From Mustelus asterias (Eukaryota): a DNA stretch of 64,000 nt. Position 1 is the first letter of the stretch, and each line of letters begins with the position of its first letter. Under the pieces are notes generated by a model, which did not search any database, was not told the origin of the DNA, and saw only the letters and a list, made by a program, of their open reading frames with translations. Below, piece by piece: positions 49,553 through 64,000 of this stretch. The position numbers and the translations under genes are program-made. The stretch lies in assembly GCF_964213995.1 (NCBI RefSeq), contig NW_027590172.1:1-64000 (forward strand). Direction: 5' to 3'.

Positions 49553-49910
49553 ATTTTTATTCAGTGTGGGACATGGGTGTCGCTGGTCAGCGTTTATTGC
49601 CCATCCCTAGTTTCTCTCGAGAGGGCAGTTGAGTGTCAGTCACATTGCTGTGGCTCTGGAGTCATCGTCGGCCAGACCAGGTAAGAATGGCAGATTTCCT
49701 TCCCTAAAGGACATTAGTGAACCAGATGGTTTTTTTTCTGACAATCGACAATAGTTTCATGGTCATCAGTAGATTCTTAATTCTAGATATTTTTTATTGA
49801 AGTCAAATTCCACCATCTCTCATGGTGGGATTTGAACCTGGGTGCCCAGAACTTTAGCTGAGTTTCTGGATTAATAGTCTAGTGATAGTACCACTAGGCC
49901 ATCGCCTCCC
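49553..49910 (-). mobile_element. tRNA-derived SINE (second family)
   Basis: Same insertion as 11146-11500, so it predates the duplication. Confidence 0.75.
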
Positions 49911-50832
49911 CAAAGTGGGACCATCAGAGGGTTTCTTTCTGCTGGACTGACCGGTCTCATGACTTTGCTTCCAGTGGGCTGATGCTCTTTGAGCTGCTCC
50001 GCCATTCAATATGATCATGGCTGTTATTAATATGTACAGCAAATTGTAATATTCTAAATAGGATATTCAGATGGTGATACATTTTCATTTCTTCCTGAGG
50101 AAGAGGTTTGTGTCTGTCTAATCATTCCTGTTTTAGAAATAAATTTTTAGTTTGAGAATTAGTATTTTTTAACGAAAGATAAATGAAAAACCTGGGTTGA
50201 GAATCTGACAAAAACACCTGAGGGAATTCGCAGTCTCAAGGCGTGGCCCATGTTTGTTTAAAAAGTCAAAACTGGAAGGGTAAGAACTGTAAAAGGGCAG
50301 CTGGACTGTTCCTCTCTGAGTCACAGTGAGACATTTCTAATTAAATATACAGAGGGAATTCCCTAAGTTTTGACATGTTCATTCAAAAAGATTGCAAATA
50401 ATTTGATTCAGAAAAAACAACCATGGGTTATTTGATTATTGTGGATACTGAAAATCAAATTTCTGGATTGTGAAAAGCAGCTGGAAGTAGCACAATTAAT
50501 GCAAGATTTGGGACATTTAGATCTTCACTGACCAGAATGTAGCAACTAATGCTGTAAAAAGGGGGCTGGGCTCAGCCTCTTCAGCTGGAGATCTGGAGAC
50601 ATTGGATCTAACACTTAATGTCCTGTCTTTATTAGTGAGGTGACTTCTTCTAGCAGACTCAGGGTTACATGTTTTGTTTTGAAACTACAAGTTAATTAAT
50701 TTAAACATCTATTGGATATGCTAACTGGTCTCCGTTACCATGGAGATAAGTGATTCAGAGTGGAACCTTGGTTGGAATTCTGGGTGGTTCTCACAGAAAC
50801 CAGGCAGTCTGCAGTGAGCTTGCAAACCGTCA

Positions 50833-51795
50833 GCTGTGGGACCAGAAGCTGTGAACTAGCTGTGGGAGCGGGAGCTGTGAGCCGCGAGCCAGCTGTGGGA
50901 GCGGGAGCTGTGAACCAGCTGTGGGAGCAGGAGCTGTGGGAGCAGGAGCTGTGGGAGCGGGAGCTGTGAACCAGCTGTGGGAGCAGGAGCTGTGAACCAG
51001 CTGTGGGAGCAGGAGCTGTGAACCAGCTGTGTGGGAGCAGGAGCTGTGAACCAGCTGTGGGAGCGGGAGCTGTGAGCCGCGAGCCAGCTGTGGGACCGGG
51101 AGCTGTGAACCAGCTGTCGGAACGGGAGCTGTGAACCAGCTGTGGGAGCAGGAGCTGTGAACCAGCTGTGGGAGCAGGAGCTGTGAACCAGCTGTGTGGG
51201 AGCAGGAGCTGTGAACCAGCTGTGGGAGCGGGAGCTGTGAGCCGCGAGCCAGCTGTGGGATCGGGAGCTGTGAACCAGCTGTGGGACCGGGAGCTGTGAA
51301 ACCGCTGTGGGAGCGGGAGCTGTGAACCAGCTGTGGGAACAGGAGCTGTGGGAGCAGGAGCTGTGAAACCGCTGTGGGAGCAGGAGCTGTGAACCAGCTG
51401 TGGGAGCTGTGAACCAGCTGTGGGAACAGGAGCTGTGAACCAGCTGTGGGACCGGGAGCTGTGAACCAGCTGTGGGAACAGGAGCTGTGAACCAGCTGTG
51501 GGAGTGGGAGCTGTGAACCAGCTGTGGGAGCGGGAGCTGTGAACCAGCTGTGGGACCGGGAGCTGTGAACCAGCTGTGGGAACAGGAGCTGTGAACCAGC
51601 TGTGGGAACAGGAGCTGTGCACCAGCTGTGGGAGTGGGAGTTGTGAACCAGCTGTGGGACCGGGAGCTGTGAACCAGCTGTGGGAACAGGAGCTGTGAAC
51701 CAGCTGTGGGACCGGGAGCTGTGAACCAGCTGTGGGAGTGGGAGCTGTGAACCAGCTGTGGGACCGGGAGCTGTGAACCAGCTGTGGGAGCCGGA
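50833..51795. repeat. ~26-bp minisatellite, about 35-40 units
   Basis: GGGAGCGGGAGCTGTGAACCAGCTGT and variants. Confidence 0.95.
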
Positions 51796-52149
51796 GCCGA
51801 GAAGGTCATAAGGAACCAGGGATGTTCTCAATGTTTAAAGCCCTCAGCAAGAAGGCAGTAAAGTCCATGCTTGGATTGAGGAGTCCATGTTTTGAGTCAA
51901 TTCTGAAATCTCAAAGGAAAGTTGGAGAGTTATTTGGCCGAAAGCTAATAGAAGGATCCTCATGAAATCTTGGAGTCTGGAGAATAGCTGGAATATGGAA
52001 AGTTTGATTTTGTTTAAAAGCCTGGAATCTTGTGATGGGTGTTTGGATTTCTCATTGAACGTTAATATTCTCAACCCGAATTATAACAACACACACAATA
52101 TTTCAAAACTATTTGAAAAATATGGTCTTTATTTTGTACAAAGTATTAC

Positions 52150-53126
52150 ATTATAAGGCACTCCTCTTCTAGGATCTACAGTAATTTCTTAGCTCGAGCA
52201 CTACTGAAACAATCAGACAATAAATGAATAAAAATTGTACTAATTGTCATCCCTTCTGAATCAGGAGGGCTATCCCCAGCACAGAGGGTCATTTGGAATT
52301 TTTCCCACAGACCAATTAACAGGGATTATACTCTCCAACCATCTGAAGTGAATTCTTTACACGAATCGTCCAGGCCGGTGCAGTTATCAACTTGCAGTTT
52401 GGCTGATCAGCTCAGATTTTCTGCAGCATTTCATCGATCACCGAGTGATTCCTTTCACAGAGTCCATCTTTCAGCTGCTGTGTTCCTGACCAGAATGTTC
52501 ATGTGTTCACACACGTCTCAAAACTCATCATTCAGAAACTGAGCTGGTGCCACAAAGTCTGACCATGTTTCATAGGCACCCATCGGATCATCTTTCTTGT
52601 AAATCACATCAATGAAACCTAATAAAAGATCCAAACCTTGATCAGTAGCCCACTGATGGACATCCAGCTCAAAAAATACTTTGCTTCTGATTTTCCTTGT
52701 GTTAGGAAGTGACAATGCCAAGGCCCGATCTTGTTTCCTCCTTGATCGGGATGTAACCCGTGTCCACATCGCCACTTCATTCTTCCACTGGTTGTATGGT
52801 TCAGGCTCCGAGAGCATCAGCAGGTAATCAGACCCTGACAATTCCCACTGCCTTTCAGTCATTTCTCACAAAAGCTGCTGGGATTGTAAGCTTCTGTCTG
52901 AAATATACTTTCCTTTATTTTCCAAACTTCACCATTAGACAAACATTCCCTGTTACCATGTTATAATCCCAACAGTCTTATAGTGAAGGAAGAAATTGGA
53001 GCTAATCTTTACTTGGAATATAATTAACTCCTAACTCTTTATACATACTTTCTTCATACACACTCCTATAATTATCCAATCAATGCCCTCTATCTACATA
53101 TTTAAACAGAATTGATACAATTAACG
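52150..53126 (-). mobile_element. Second, internally deleted copy of the GalEa-like Copia remnant
   Basis: LTR 53126-52959, same PBS, gag YNQWKNEVAMWTRVT..KKDDPMGAYETWSDF joined to an integrase fragment. Confidence 0.8.
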
Positions 53127-53139
53127 CCCATAGTCAGGG

Positions 53140-53417
53140 CAGGGACCCGGGTTCAATTCTGGCCTCGGGTCACTGTCTGTGTGGAGTTTGCACATTGTCC
53201 CCATGTTTGCGTGGGTTTATTCTGGGTGCTCTGGTTTCCTCCCACATTCCAAAGATGTGCGGGTTAGGTTGATTGGCCATGCTAAATTGCCCCTTTATGT
53301 CAGGAGATTAGCAGGGTAAATATGTAGGGTTATGGGAGTGGAGCCTGGGTGGCATTGTGGTCGGTGCAAACTCGATGGGCCAAGTGACCTCCTTCTGCAA
53401 TGTAGGGATTCTATGAT
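53140..53417 (+). mobile_element. HE1-like SINE, 5'-truncated
   Basis: B-box onward family sequence. Confidence 0.8.
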
Positions 53418-53431
53418 TAAAAAGAAAAGGT

Positions 53432-54538
<1,107 letters not shown>

Positions 54539-54669
54539 CTGGAGAACTAAAAACTTTGATGCAGACTGCTAGACTAAATACAAACACAGAGGTACAGATT
54601 CTGGAGGAAAACATATGTTTAATAAACACTGCTGCATTACTTGATCAGAGATTGTCAGAGAGGACTTGA

Positions 54670-55075
54670 TCAGAGAGGTCGGGAATGTAGCCCAATCCAT
54701 CACGCAACCCAGTCTCCCATCCATTAACTCTGTCTACACTTCCTGCCGCCTCAGCAAAGCAGCCAGCATAATTAAAGACCCCACGCATCCCGGACATTCT
54801 CTCTTCCACCTACTTCCGTCGGGAAAAAGTTACAAAAGTGTGAGGTCACGTACCAACTGACTCAAGAACAGCTTCTTCCCTGCTGTCATTAGACTTTTGA
54901 ATGGACCTACCTTGCATTAAGTTGACCTTTCTCTCAACCCTAGCTATGACTGTAACACTACACTCTCTCATTTCCTTCTCTATAAATGGTATGCTTTGTC
55001 TGTATAGTGCTCAAGAAGCAATACTTCTCACTGTATACTAATACATGTGACAATAATAAACAAAATCAAATCAAA
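54670..55075 (+). mobile_element. Rex1/Babar-type LINE 3' end
   Basis: KAASIIKDPTHPGHSLFHLLPSGK..LKNSFFPAVIRLLN, then AATAAA and CAAAT tail. Antisense copy at 59735-60090. Confidence 0.8.
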
Positions 55076-56199
55076 AAAGATTCACGACCAGGTCATTAAG
55101 AACTTCATTAAGGTGCTGAGTGTTCACAAACACAAACTCACTGCTTCTGAGGAAGGTGGAATTAGAGATGATCCAAGATTTCAACTGAACTGGCTGGACA
55201 ATTGGAGGAAATAATCTTGTGAGATACAGGGGAACAGAGGGAGAATGGGACTGACTGGATTGCTCTACAGAGGGTCAGCATGGACTCGAATGGACATATT
55301 CTGTGCTGTAATGGATCAATGACTGGAAAGGTTTGTCACTACAGTGCTATATTACAAACTTGAAATAACAATAAATGAAATCTATCACAGAACCATAAAT
55401 ATATCTAATAGGTACCTAAAAGCAAAACTAGACATAACTCTGTGCTACATAAAATTAGTGTCCCACAAAGAATCATAAATTTACACCAGATTACACCAAA
55501 AATACACATACCTGTCATACCTTATTACTTTGTCCCCTTCAATGTCAGCCATTTCCTGGGGAAACCAACCCTTTAATCATGAACATTAGGAAACAGACCA
55601 TCCTTTTAGCCAGACAAATAAATGTGTCAAGCTGAGGGAGCAAAGGATGTCAATGTCTTTCAGAGAGAGAGAGACCTGGGCCAACCTTTCCAGAGTCTGC
55701 AGCCTCCCTGGATTCACTTCCTTTCATTCCAGTTGCTGCAAGTCCCCAATTTCCCCCAGAATGAGAAAAGAAATGGAAAGGGGGATAAAAGAAAGTGTTT
55801 TACTCACAGATGTGGCTGAGAGACTGCGAGTGCGTGAGAGAGAGAGAGAGAGACTGTGACTGGCTGCACTCAGTAAAACCATTGTCCTACAGAATGCAGG
55901 CTCCGTCTAACTCATCCCATCAAACTCTGCTGTATCTTGCCGTTGGCTGAAGTTTCACAAAACGTATTCTAAAAGCAAACTGCATCCATGTTATAATTCA
56001 AAACACATGTTTTAAATGAGGAATACTTGTTATTCAGTTAAAGCTGTCTTTTATAATGACAGCTCTCGTCAGTGCTTTAAGATCATTCACTCTTAAGTCA
56101 GTATTGTGTTAAAGTTCTCAAACATTGTTTGCTATTAGCCTAATTTAGCCCCACTACACTCAGTCTCCACATTTCCATGGTTTCTCCCCAATGTAACTT

Positions 56200-56533
56200 T
56201 TTTTATTCATTCATGGGATATGGGTGTCGTTGGCTGGCCAGCATTTATCGCCTATCCCTAGTTGCCCGAGGGCAGTTGAGAGTCAACTACATTGCTGCGG
56301 ACCTGGAGTCACATGTAGGCCAGACCAGGACATTACAGAAGGAAATCTCCCCGACAACTTTTTCAACAATCAGCAATGGTTTCAAGGTCATCAGTAGATT
56401 CATAGTTCCAGATTTTTCTAATTGAATTCAAATTCCACCATCTGCCTTGGATTTGAACCCAGGTCCCCAGAACATTAGCTGAATTTCTGGATTAATAGTC
56501 TAGCGATAATACCATGAGGCCATCGCCGCCCCC
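56200..56533 (-). mobile_element. tRNA-derived SINE (second family)
   Basis: Homologous to 11146-11500. Confidence 0.75.
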
Positions 56534-56792
56534 CTCGATTGTGATTGTGAACAGTGGTGTCCTTTCATGTTCAAAATTCTCTGCTTTTCTGGTTATGATA
56601 AATTGTGCGACTCCATCCAATCCTAATCTGATGTTTTGTGTGAATTTCCTGACCCCTAATCCACCTCTTCTAAGACCAATTATGTTAACACCTATTAACA
56701 GAGCTGGAGCTATTTTTCAATTCTGCAGAAAAAGATCCAAATGAACATGGTTCAGTCTGAATATGGATGACAGCAAAATCCAATCACAATAG

Positions 56793-57464
56793 TTACTTGT
56801 GAATTCGCTGGTGTCTCAGCAGCCTGGATGAGGTAATGAATCCCTTCCCACACTGGGAACAAGTGAACGGCCTTTCCCCAGTATGAACCCGTTCATGATT
56901 TATCAGCGTGGATGACTGCTTGAATCCTTTCCCACACACAGAGCAGGTGAACGGCCTCTCCCCAGTGTGAATCCGCTGGTGTTTCCGAAGGTGAGATGAG
57001 TGAGTAAATCCCTTCCCACACTGGGAGCAGGTGAACGGTCTCTCCCCAGTGTGAACTCGCTGGTGTTTCAGCAGATTGGCTGAGTGAGTGAATCCCTTCC
57101 CACACTGAGAGCAGGTGAACGGCTTCTCCCCAGTGTGAATTCGCTCGTGTAATGCTAGTTTGGATGATTGATTGAATCCCTTCCCACACACAGAGCAGGT
57201 GAATGGCCTCTCCTCAGTGTGAATTCGCTGGTGTATTGCTAGGTTGGATGACTGATTGAATCCCTTCCCACACACAGAGCAGGTGAACGGTCTCTCTCCA
57301 GTGTGAATTCGTTGGTGTTTCAGCAGCTGGGATGAGGTAGCGAATCCCTTCCCACACCGGGAGCAGGTGAATGGCTTCTCCCCAGTGTGGCTGCGTCGAT
57401 GAGTTTCCAGCTGTGATGGAAAATCAAATCCCTTCCCACAGTCCCCACATTTCCATGCCATCAT
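56793..57464 (-). CDS. C2H2 zinc-finger protein, 8 fingers
   Basis: Intact ORF from ATG ATG GCA TGG; acceptor TTCACAG about 57687; paralog of the 7392 gene. Confidence 0.87.
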   Translation of the reverse strand: MMAWKCGDCGKGFDFPSQLETHRRSHTGEKPFTCSRCGKGFATSSQLLKHQRIHTGERPFTCSVCGKGFNQSSNLAIHQRIHTEERPFTCSVCGKGFNQSSKLALHERIHTGEKPFTCSQCGKGFTHSANLLKHQRVHTGERPFTCSQCGKGFTHSSHLRKHQRIHTGERPFTCSVCGKGFKQSSTLINHERVHTGERPFTCSQCGKGFITSSRLLRHQRIHK

Positions 57465-57869
57465 CCGTTTGTGACTGCAATAACAGTCCAAAAAGCCCGA
57501 TGAGTGATTGAAGTCTTGTCGACACACAGAACATGCGTACAGTGTCTCTCAACTGTGAACAGTGCAATTTTCTTCCATGTTCAAAATACTATGACATTCA
57601 GGTTCTGATAAATTGGTGCCAGCTCCATCAGATTCTGATGTGATATTCGGTTTCAGTTTCCCAGCTGCAAATCCTCTTCTGAAAACCTGTGAACTTGATT
57701 TAAAACAGGAAAAAGGGAATGAGAGAGAACCCACAAAAAAACAAATCCATCAGTGTGAGTGCAGGATAGAAATCCCCCCCATTCTCTCCTCCTGCTCCAG
57801 GGTCAGTAAAGTGAGTTAAAGATGATTCTCATTAACAAACCCATTGCTGCATTTCCTTCCTGAAGCCAC

Positions 57870-58570
57870 ATTTGTCCACTAGGGCCTGGCCCCGGGAGAA
57901 AGCGCTGCAGCTGCCGTTGTGTTGGGTGTTGAGGCGGTGCCGCTAGTTCCTTATTGGGGGTGTTGAAGCCTCCACTGGGTGTGTGGAGCCTCCCCTCCCA
58001 CCCACTGCCCCTAACGCTGCCTCCGCTTATCCGCCTCCTCCCCGCCTGAAGATCAGACAAACAAGCGCCTGTCCCTGGACATGAGCCGCATTGCGCATGC
58101 TCAACGTCACAATGCCCGGGGACTGATTGACGGCAGCTCTGGGCCAATAGACAAAGGGGGCGGGCCTGGAGGACCGAGCAGGAGCGAATGGTCCTCCAAC
58201 CAATCGGAGTGAATGAGGGGCGGGATCTTAAGCACGCGCAGTAGCGCAGTAATGGCGACAGACAGACGGTTTTTATTCGAATCCACAAACGGTACAAGGA
58301 AAATTGCGGAACGCGGGGACGGTGGATCTGGCGGGTGGGTGAAGAGTGTTTGTAAACATGTTGTTCAGGTCCAACTTCCAAAAAAGGACTTTCTGTTTCG
58401 CGCCGAGCGGGGCCGCAAAGTCCAATGTTCGGCTCGGGTTAACGGCCACCATCTTTATTGGGGGCAATGCAGTGCTCATGCGTTCCGCCATTTTTGTAAG
58501 GGGCAAAGGTGTCAATGAGTGGGAGGAGCTTGTTCCCCATTGTTCAGAATGGAGACAACTTGTCCATCAA
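57870..58570. promoter_or_regulatory. Putative bidirectional CpG promoter
   Basis: TGCGCATGC, two CCAAT, two GC boxes, YY1-like CCGCCATTTT. Lies between divergent ZNF ORFs. Confidence 0.7.
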
Positions 58571-58964
58571 CCCTCTGACCCGGGTTTACACAGAGCCAGA
58601 TGTTTAACTGATCAGGCAAAGTGGCAACATAACATGGAAAGGAAGCAAATTCTGCTCTCCGGATCCCACTAACTATTTTAAATTTTAATGCTTATCCATT
58701 AGTCACAAGCAAGACTTATATTAACACTGCAATGAAGGTACTGTGAAATTCCCCTTGTCGCCACACTCTGACACCTGTTCAGGTTAATGCACCCTAACCA
58801 GCACGTCTTTCAGAATGTGGGAGGAAACTGGAGCACCTAGGGGAAACCCACGGAGATGCGGGGAGAACGTGCAATCTCCACACAGACATTGACCCAAGCT
58901 GGGAATTGAACCCGGGTCCCTGGCGCTGTAAAGCAGCAGTGCTAACCACTGTGCTACTGTGCTA

Positions 58965-59585
58965 TACGTTTAAAACTTATCTAGACAGCTATATGAACGG
59001 AGTGGGAATGGAGGGATACAAAAGAGTGGTCTAGTTTGGACCATGGAGCGGCGCGGGCTAATTGTTCCTTGTTTCTCGTTTCAAGGCTTCATTCTATGAT
59101 CATCTTGCTGGTGCCAGTACAGAGCGAGACTGCGGATAGTTGCGAACCTGTCTCGGGGGCAGGGAATTCATATGGTGTTCGTGGAAGTGGAAATGACGGG
59201 TTGGGAAGCATTTTCCGATCAGGGCCATTGTGATCTCCTGGACTCGTTTCGATCGCCTCAGGGGGTCGGAGAGGAATTTCCCAGATTTTTTTTTTTCCCC
59301 ATATTGGCCCTGGGGTTTTTCACTCTGGGTTTTCGCCTCTCCCTGGAGATCACATGGTCTGGAATGGGGGGGTGGGGGTAAGTTAATAGGTTGTAATGAA
59401 CAAAGCATCGTAGCTGTGAGGGACAGCTCGGTGGATAGGATATTGGTATGTAGATAGGCTGGAAAATTGGGCGGGGATCCTGGATTCAGGATTCAATCCT
59501 GGACCGGGGAGCGGCGCGGGCTTGGCGGGCTTGGAGGGCCGAAGGGCCTGTTCCTGTGCTGTATTGTTCTTTGTTCTTTGTTCTA
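58965..59585 (+). mobile_element. CR1-type LINE 3' end with extended structured 3'UTR
   Basis: FKTYLDSYMNGVGMEGY ORF2 end; GAGGGCCGAAGGGCCTGTTCC; (TTGTTCT)n tail. Confidence 0.7.
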
Positions 59586-59734
59586 TTCAGAGGTCCTGCC
59601 CCGTATGTCCAAAGATCTGCGGTTCATTTCAGTCTCATGAAGACCCGTGGCAGAAACTCTCAACGCTGAGTAGACATCATCCTCAAATCGAGGAACAGAT
59701 TACAGCAACTGGCAATGCGCAACATGGCATGATT

Positions 59735-60090
59735 TTGATTTAATTGGATTTATTATTGTCACATGTACTGGGATACAGTGGAAACTATTTTTTCTTGTGC
59801 TATATGAGCAAAACATACCGTTCATAGAGTACATAGGGAGAAGGAAAGGAGAGGGTGCAGAACGTAGTGTTACAGTTGTCACAACAGTGTAGAGAAAGAT
59901 CAACTTAATATCCCATTTAAAATCTGATGGCAGCAGGGAAAAAGCTGTTCTTGAGCCAGTTGGTACATGATCTGACTTTTTGTAACTTTTTCCTGACAGA
60001 AGAAGGTGGAAGAGAGTATGTCCAGGTATTTGGGGGCCTTGATTATGCTGGCTGCTTTTCTGAGGCAGTGGGAAATGTAGATGGAGTCAG
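59735..60090 (-). mobile_element. Rex1/Babar-type LINE 3' end
   Basis: SIYISHCLRKAASIIK; homologous to 54670-55075. Confidence 0.75.
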
Positions 60091-60438
60091 TAGAACAAAA
60101 TCTGCCAGTCACTGTATTCATCAAAACCTAAATGAACGTATGTCTGTGGAAAAGATTCAAATATGTGTGTGACTGGAAATTGGGAAAAGCAATGTCATGG
60201 AGGGATTTGAAAAGAAAGATGAGAATTTTTAACTGAGTTGCTGCTCAAACGGGAGCCTGTGTAAGTCAGTGAGTCATTGAGATTCAGTGCAGAGATTTGG
60301 ATAAACTCTAGTTTATCACAGGTTGAATGGAGGGTGGTCAGGATGTGAAAAATTGTCAAGTCTAGAGGTTATAAATGAATGAACAAGAGTTTCAGGAACA
60401 TGTATTTGGACCAAGTCGAGTGATGAGATATAGATTTA

Positions 60439-60773
60439 GGGCGGCACGGTGGCACAGTGGTGAGCGCCGTTGCCTCACAGCTCTAGGGACCTGGGTTCAG
60501 TTCCCAGCTTGGGTGACTGTCTGTGTGAAATTTGCACATTCTCCCTGTGTCTGCATGGGTTTCCTCCGGGTGCTCCGGTTTCCTCCCACAGTCCAGAGGT
60601 GTGGATTAGGTTGATTTTCCATGCTAAATTGCCCTTTAGCGTCCTGGGGTGCATAGGTTCGAGGGATTAGTGGGGTAAATATGTGGGGTTACGGGGATGG
60701 GGCCGAGGTGGGATTGGTGTCAGTGCAGACTTGATGGGCTGAATGGCCTCCTTCGGCACTGTAGGGTTTCTAT
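60439..60773 (+). mobile_element. HE1-like SINE
   Basis: Full family sequence. Confidence 0.85.
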
Positions 60774-61120
60774 GAGATAGAAACTCATTCTTGGAGGTGG
60801 CAGAGATAAATGGTCAGAAACTCAGCTGGCAGCTCTGAAGAAGAGTTATAGGGACTCAGAACATTAACTCTGTTTCTTTCTCCACAGATGCTGCCAGACC
60901 TGCTGAGTTTATGCAGCATCTTCTGTTTTTATTTCAGTTTTTGCTTTTATTTTAGTGAAATGATTTTCCATGGTTGCAAACAGTCTGGTTCAGCCTCAGA
61001 CTGTTGTCAGGGAGAGGGATGGAGTCAGTGGGTATGGAGTAGAGTTTGTAGTCGGGTCTTCATCTTCTCACTATTTAAATAGAGGAAATTTTTGTTAATC
61101 CAGTGCTGGATGTCAGACAA

Positions 61121-61466
61121 GGGCGGCACGGTAGCACAGTGGTTAGCACTGCTGCTTCACAGCTCCAGGGACCTGGGTTCAATTCCCGGCTTGGGTCACT
61201 GTCTGTGTGGAGTTTGCACATTCTCCTTGTGTCTGTGTGGGTTTCCTCCGGGTGCTCCGGTTTCCTCCCACAGTCCAAAGATGTGTGGGTTAGGTTGATT
61301 GGCCATGCTAAAATTGCCCCTTAGTGTCCTGAGATGCATAGATTCGAGGGATTAGCAGGTAAATATGTAGGGATATGGGGGCAGGGCCTGGGTGGGATTG
61401 TGGTCGGTGCAGACTCGATGGGCCAAATGGCCTCTTTCTGCACTGTAGGGATTCTGTGATTTCTGT
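61121..61466 (+). mobile_element. HE1-like SINE
   Basis: Full family sequence with A/B boxes. Confidence 0.9.
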
Positions 61467-61958
61467 GAAGTCAGGATGGTGTGTGACCTGAATGGGAACT
61501 TGGAGTTGCTGCTGTTCACATACACTTGCTACCCTATCTCTTTGAGGTGCCAGAGGCTGAGATTGGGGAAATTCTCTCAAGGTTCTGGCAGAGTTTTAGA
61601 CATATACAATCCATCACCTTCACTCATTCTGCTCCCAGTTCTCTGTCTCTCTTCTCTCGAGATCCAGACTATGTGAAAGGATATTAGTGAATCAGTTGGT
61701 TTTTTTATAACAATTTAGCAGCTTTCATGATCACATTTTCCTTGTGCCGGCCCCAAAAATGACCAGATTCATTCAACTCCATTTCACAACCTGCCTTTGT
61801 GTTTTTGTGGGTTCTCTCTCACTCCCTTTTTTCTGTTTTGAATCAATTTCACAGAGTATTGGAAAGGTTCGCAGGCAGGAAAGTCAAACCAATCACCACA
61901 TCACAATCTGCCAGAGTCATTCGATTCATCAGGACTTGAATATCATCGGCCTTTGAAA

Positions 61959-62911
<953 letters not shown>

Positions 62912-63029
62912 CGGCTCTGCTCTGATTCTGCTGTTGTTAATCAGATTCAGGACTGAACCTTGTTCATCACGACACTGGGGAAGTGTTGATGATGTTGCTG
63001 CTAACTACAGTAACTGGGCTGGAGCTGAT

Positions 63030-63262
63030 AGAACTTGCATTCATATAGCACCTTTCACAACCTCAGGACATCTCTGTGTACAGTCAGCCTCCACAAACAG
63101 CAATGTGGCAATGAGCAGTGATCTGTTTGCAGTGAGATTGGGAGAGGGGTAATACTGGTCTCACCAGGGTGAGCTCCCTGCCCTCCTTCCAAATAGAAGC
63201 CATGTGATCTTTCATCTCCGCCTGACAGAGCAGGTGGGGCCCTTGGTTTAACATCCTCATAT
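63030..63262 (-). mobile_element. Deu-domain SINE fragment
   Basis: AACTTGCATT.ATATAGCACCTTTCACAACCTCAGGAC tail and CTCC.TGC.CT.CTTC.AAATAG..GCCATG.GATCTT core. Confidence 0.65.
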
Positions 63263-64000
63263 TAGTGAAGTGAAGAGCCTTAATTCTGAGACAATTGAAG
63301 AATAAGCAATTAAACAATAGTTGTACTTGTCAGACTGGTAATATAACCTGTAACACAAAGGCTGTAATTGTTTATTATTATAAACAATATGATTTTAAGT
63401 ACACTGGTCATAAATCATGAGAACTGTCAAATTATGTTTTCCAGTCAATCTAGAAAGATAAGGTAGAGCTCACAAAACATTTATGGCTTTGACAAGTTAC
63501 GTTAAGTTGGGGAATGAATGGGACCTTACTCAAGTTGTCTAATTTATTGTACTCAGACATCAGGAGATGCCAGTAGGTGTCAGGGGCCAATCAGACAGTG
63601 AAGTTACTCAAATATAGTTCAACACTGAGGCTAATTTGAGCAAATGAGAGTTGAGGGGGTAAAAATAAAGGTTTTGAGTCGCCATTCTGTTAACATGTTA
63701 TCCACCTTGTCTGATTATCATTTTACGTCTTTGGCTGATCAACCGAGGAAAGTTTTGAGAAGTCTGTTTCATTGTGAAGGATAAGCTTTCTCCTTTCTGC
63801 CAATTACTGTTCATTCGAACTTTGTTTTTTATCTTTCTAACTTTTTAACCTTTTAATGGTTAATAAATCTTCTGATTTTACCAATTAAAATGTTCATTCT
63901 GGCGAGATAGATAAATCTTAATTGAAAATTGGGGATTTATTGCAAACAACCTCTACCCGATAAATCAACTTCAAAGTGCAAATGCTCCCCTGGATTTGGT

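Noticed and set aside
50735-51831. 295-333-aa repetitive ORFs, and a CRISPR-like appearance
   Set aside because: Stop-free 26-bp tandem repeat with no unique spacers; eukaryotic context.

Overview
This is eukaryotic vertebrate genomic DNA, most likely from a shark (Chondrichthyes), judged from HE1-type SINEs, HER1/CR1 LINEs and Penelope-type repeats; the species cannot be fixed from the sequence. The window is a cluster of about 12 tandem C2H2 zinc-finger (ZNF) genes and pseudogenes on both strands, mostly head-to-head around CpG-rich promoters. Between them lie SINEs, CR1, Rex/Babar, Tx1 and Penelope elements, a GalEa-type Ty1/Copia remnant, solo LTRs, a MITE and several minisatellites. No KRAB, SCAN or BTB domain is visible. 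Instead the genes share one cassette: a short exon 1, then 60-nt and 66-nt leader exons (the second carrying a strong-Kozak uORF), then a large last exon. That exon starts with decayed 'fossil' fingers, followed by a Kozak ATG created inside an HTGEKP linker, an invariant atypical first finger (WKC..C...F..PS.LE.HRRSH), variable DNA-binding fingers and a shared 3'UTR element. A ~7 kb block is duplicated (8.8-16.3 kb and 46.2-53.1 kb). All splice sites, promoters and functions are inferred by eye from motif and paralog comparison, with no transcript or database evidence. Repeat boundaries are approximate.
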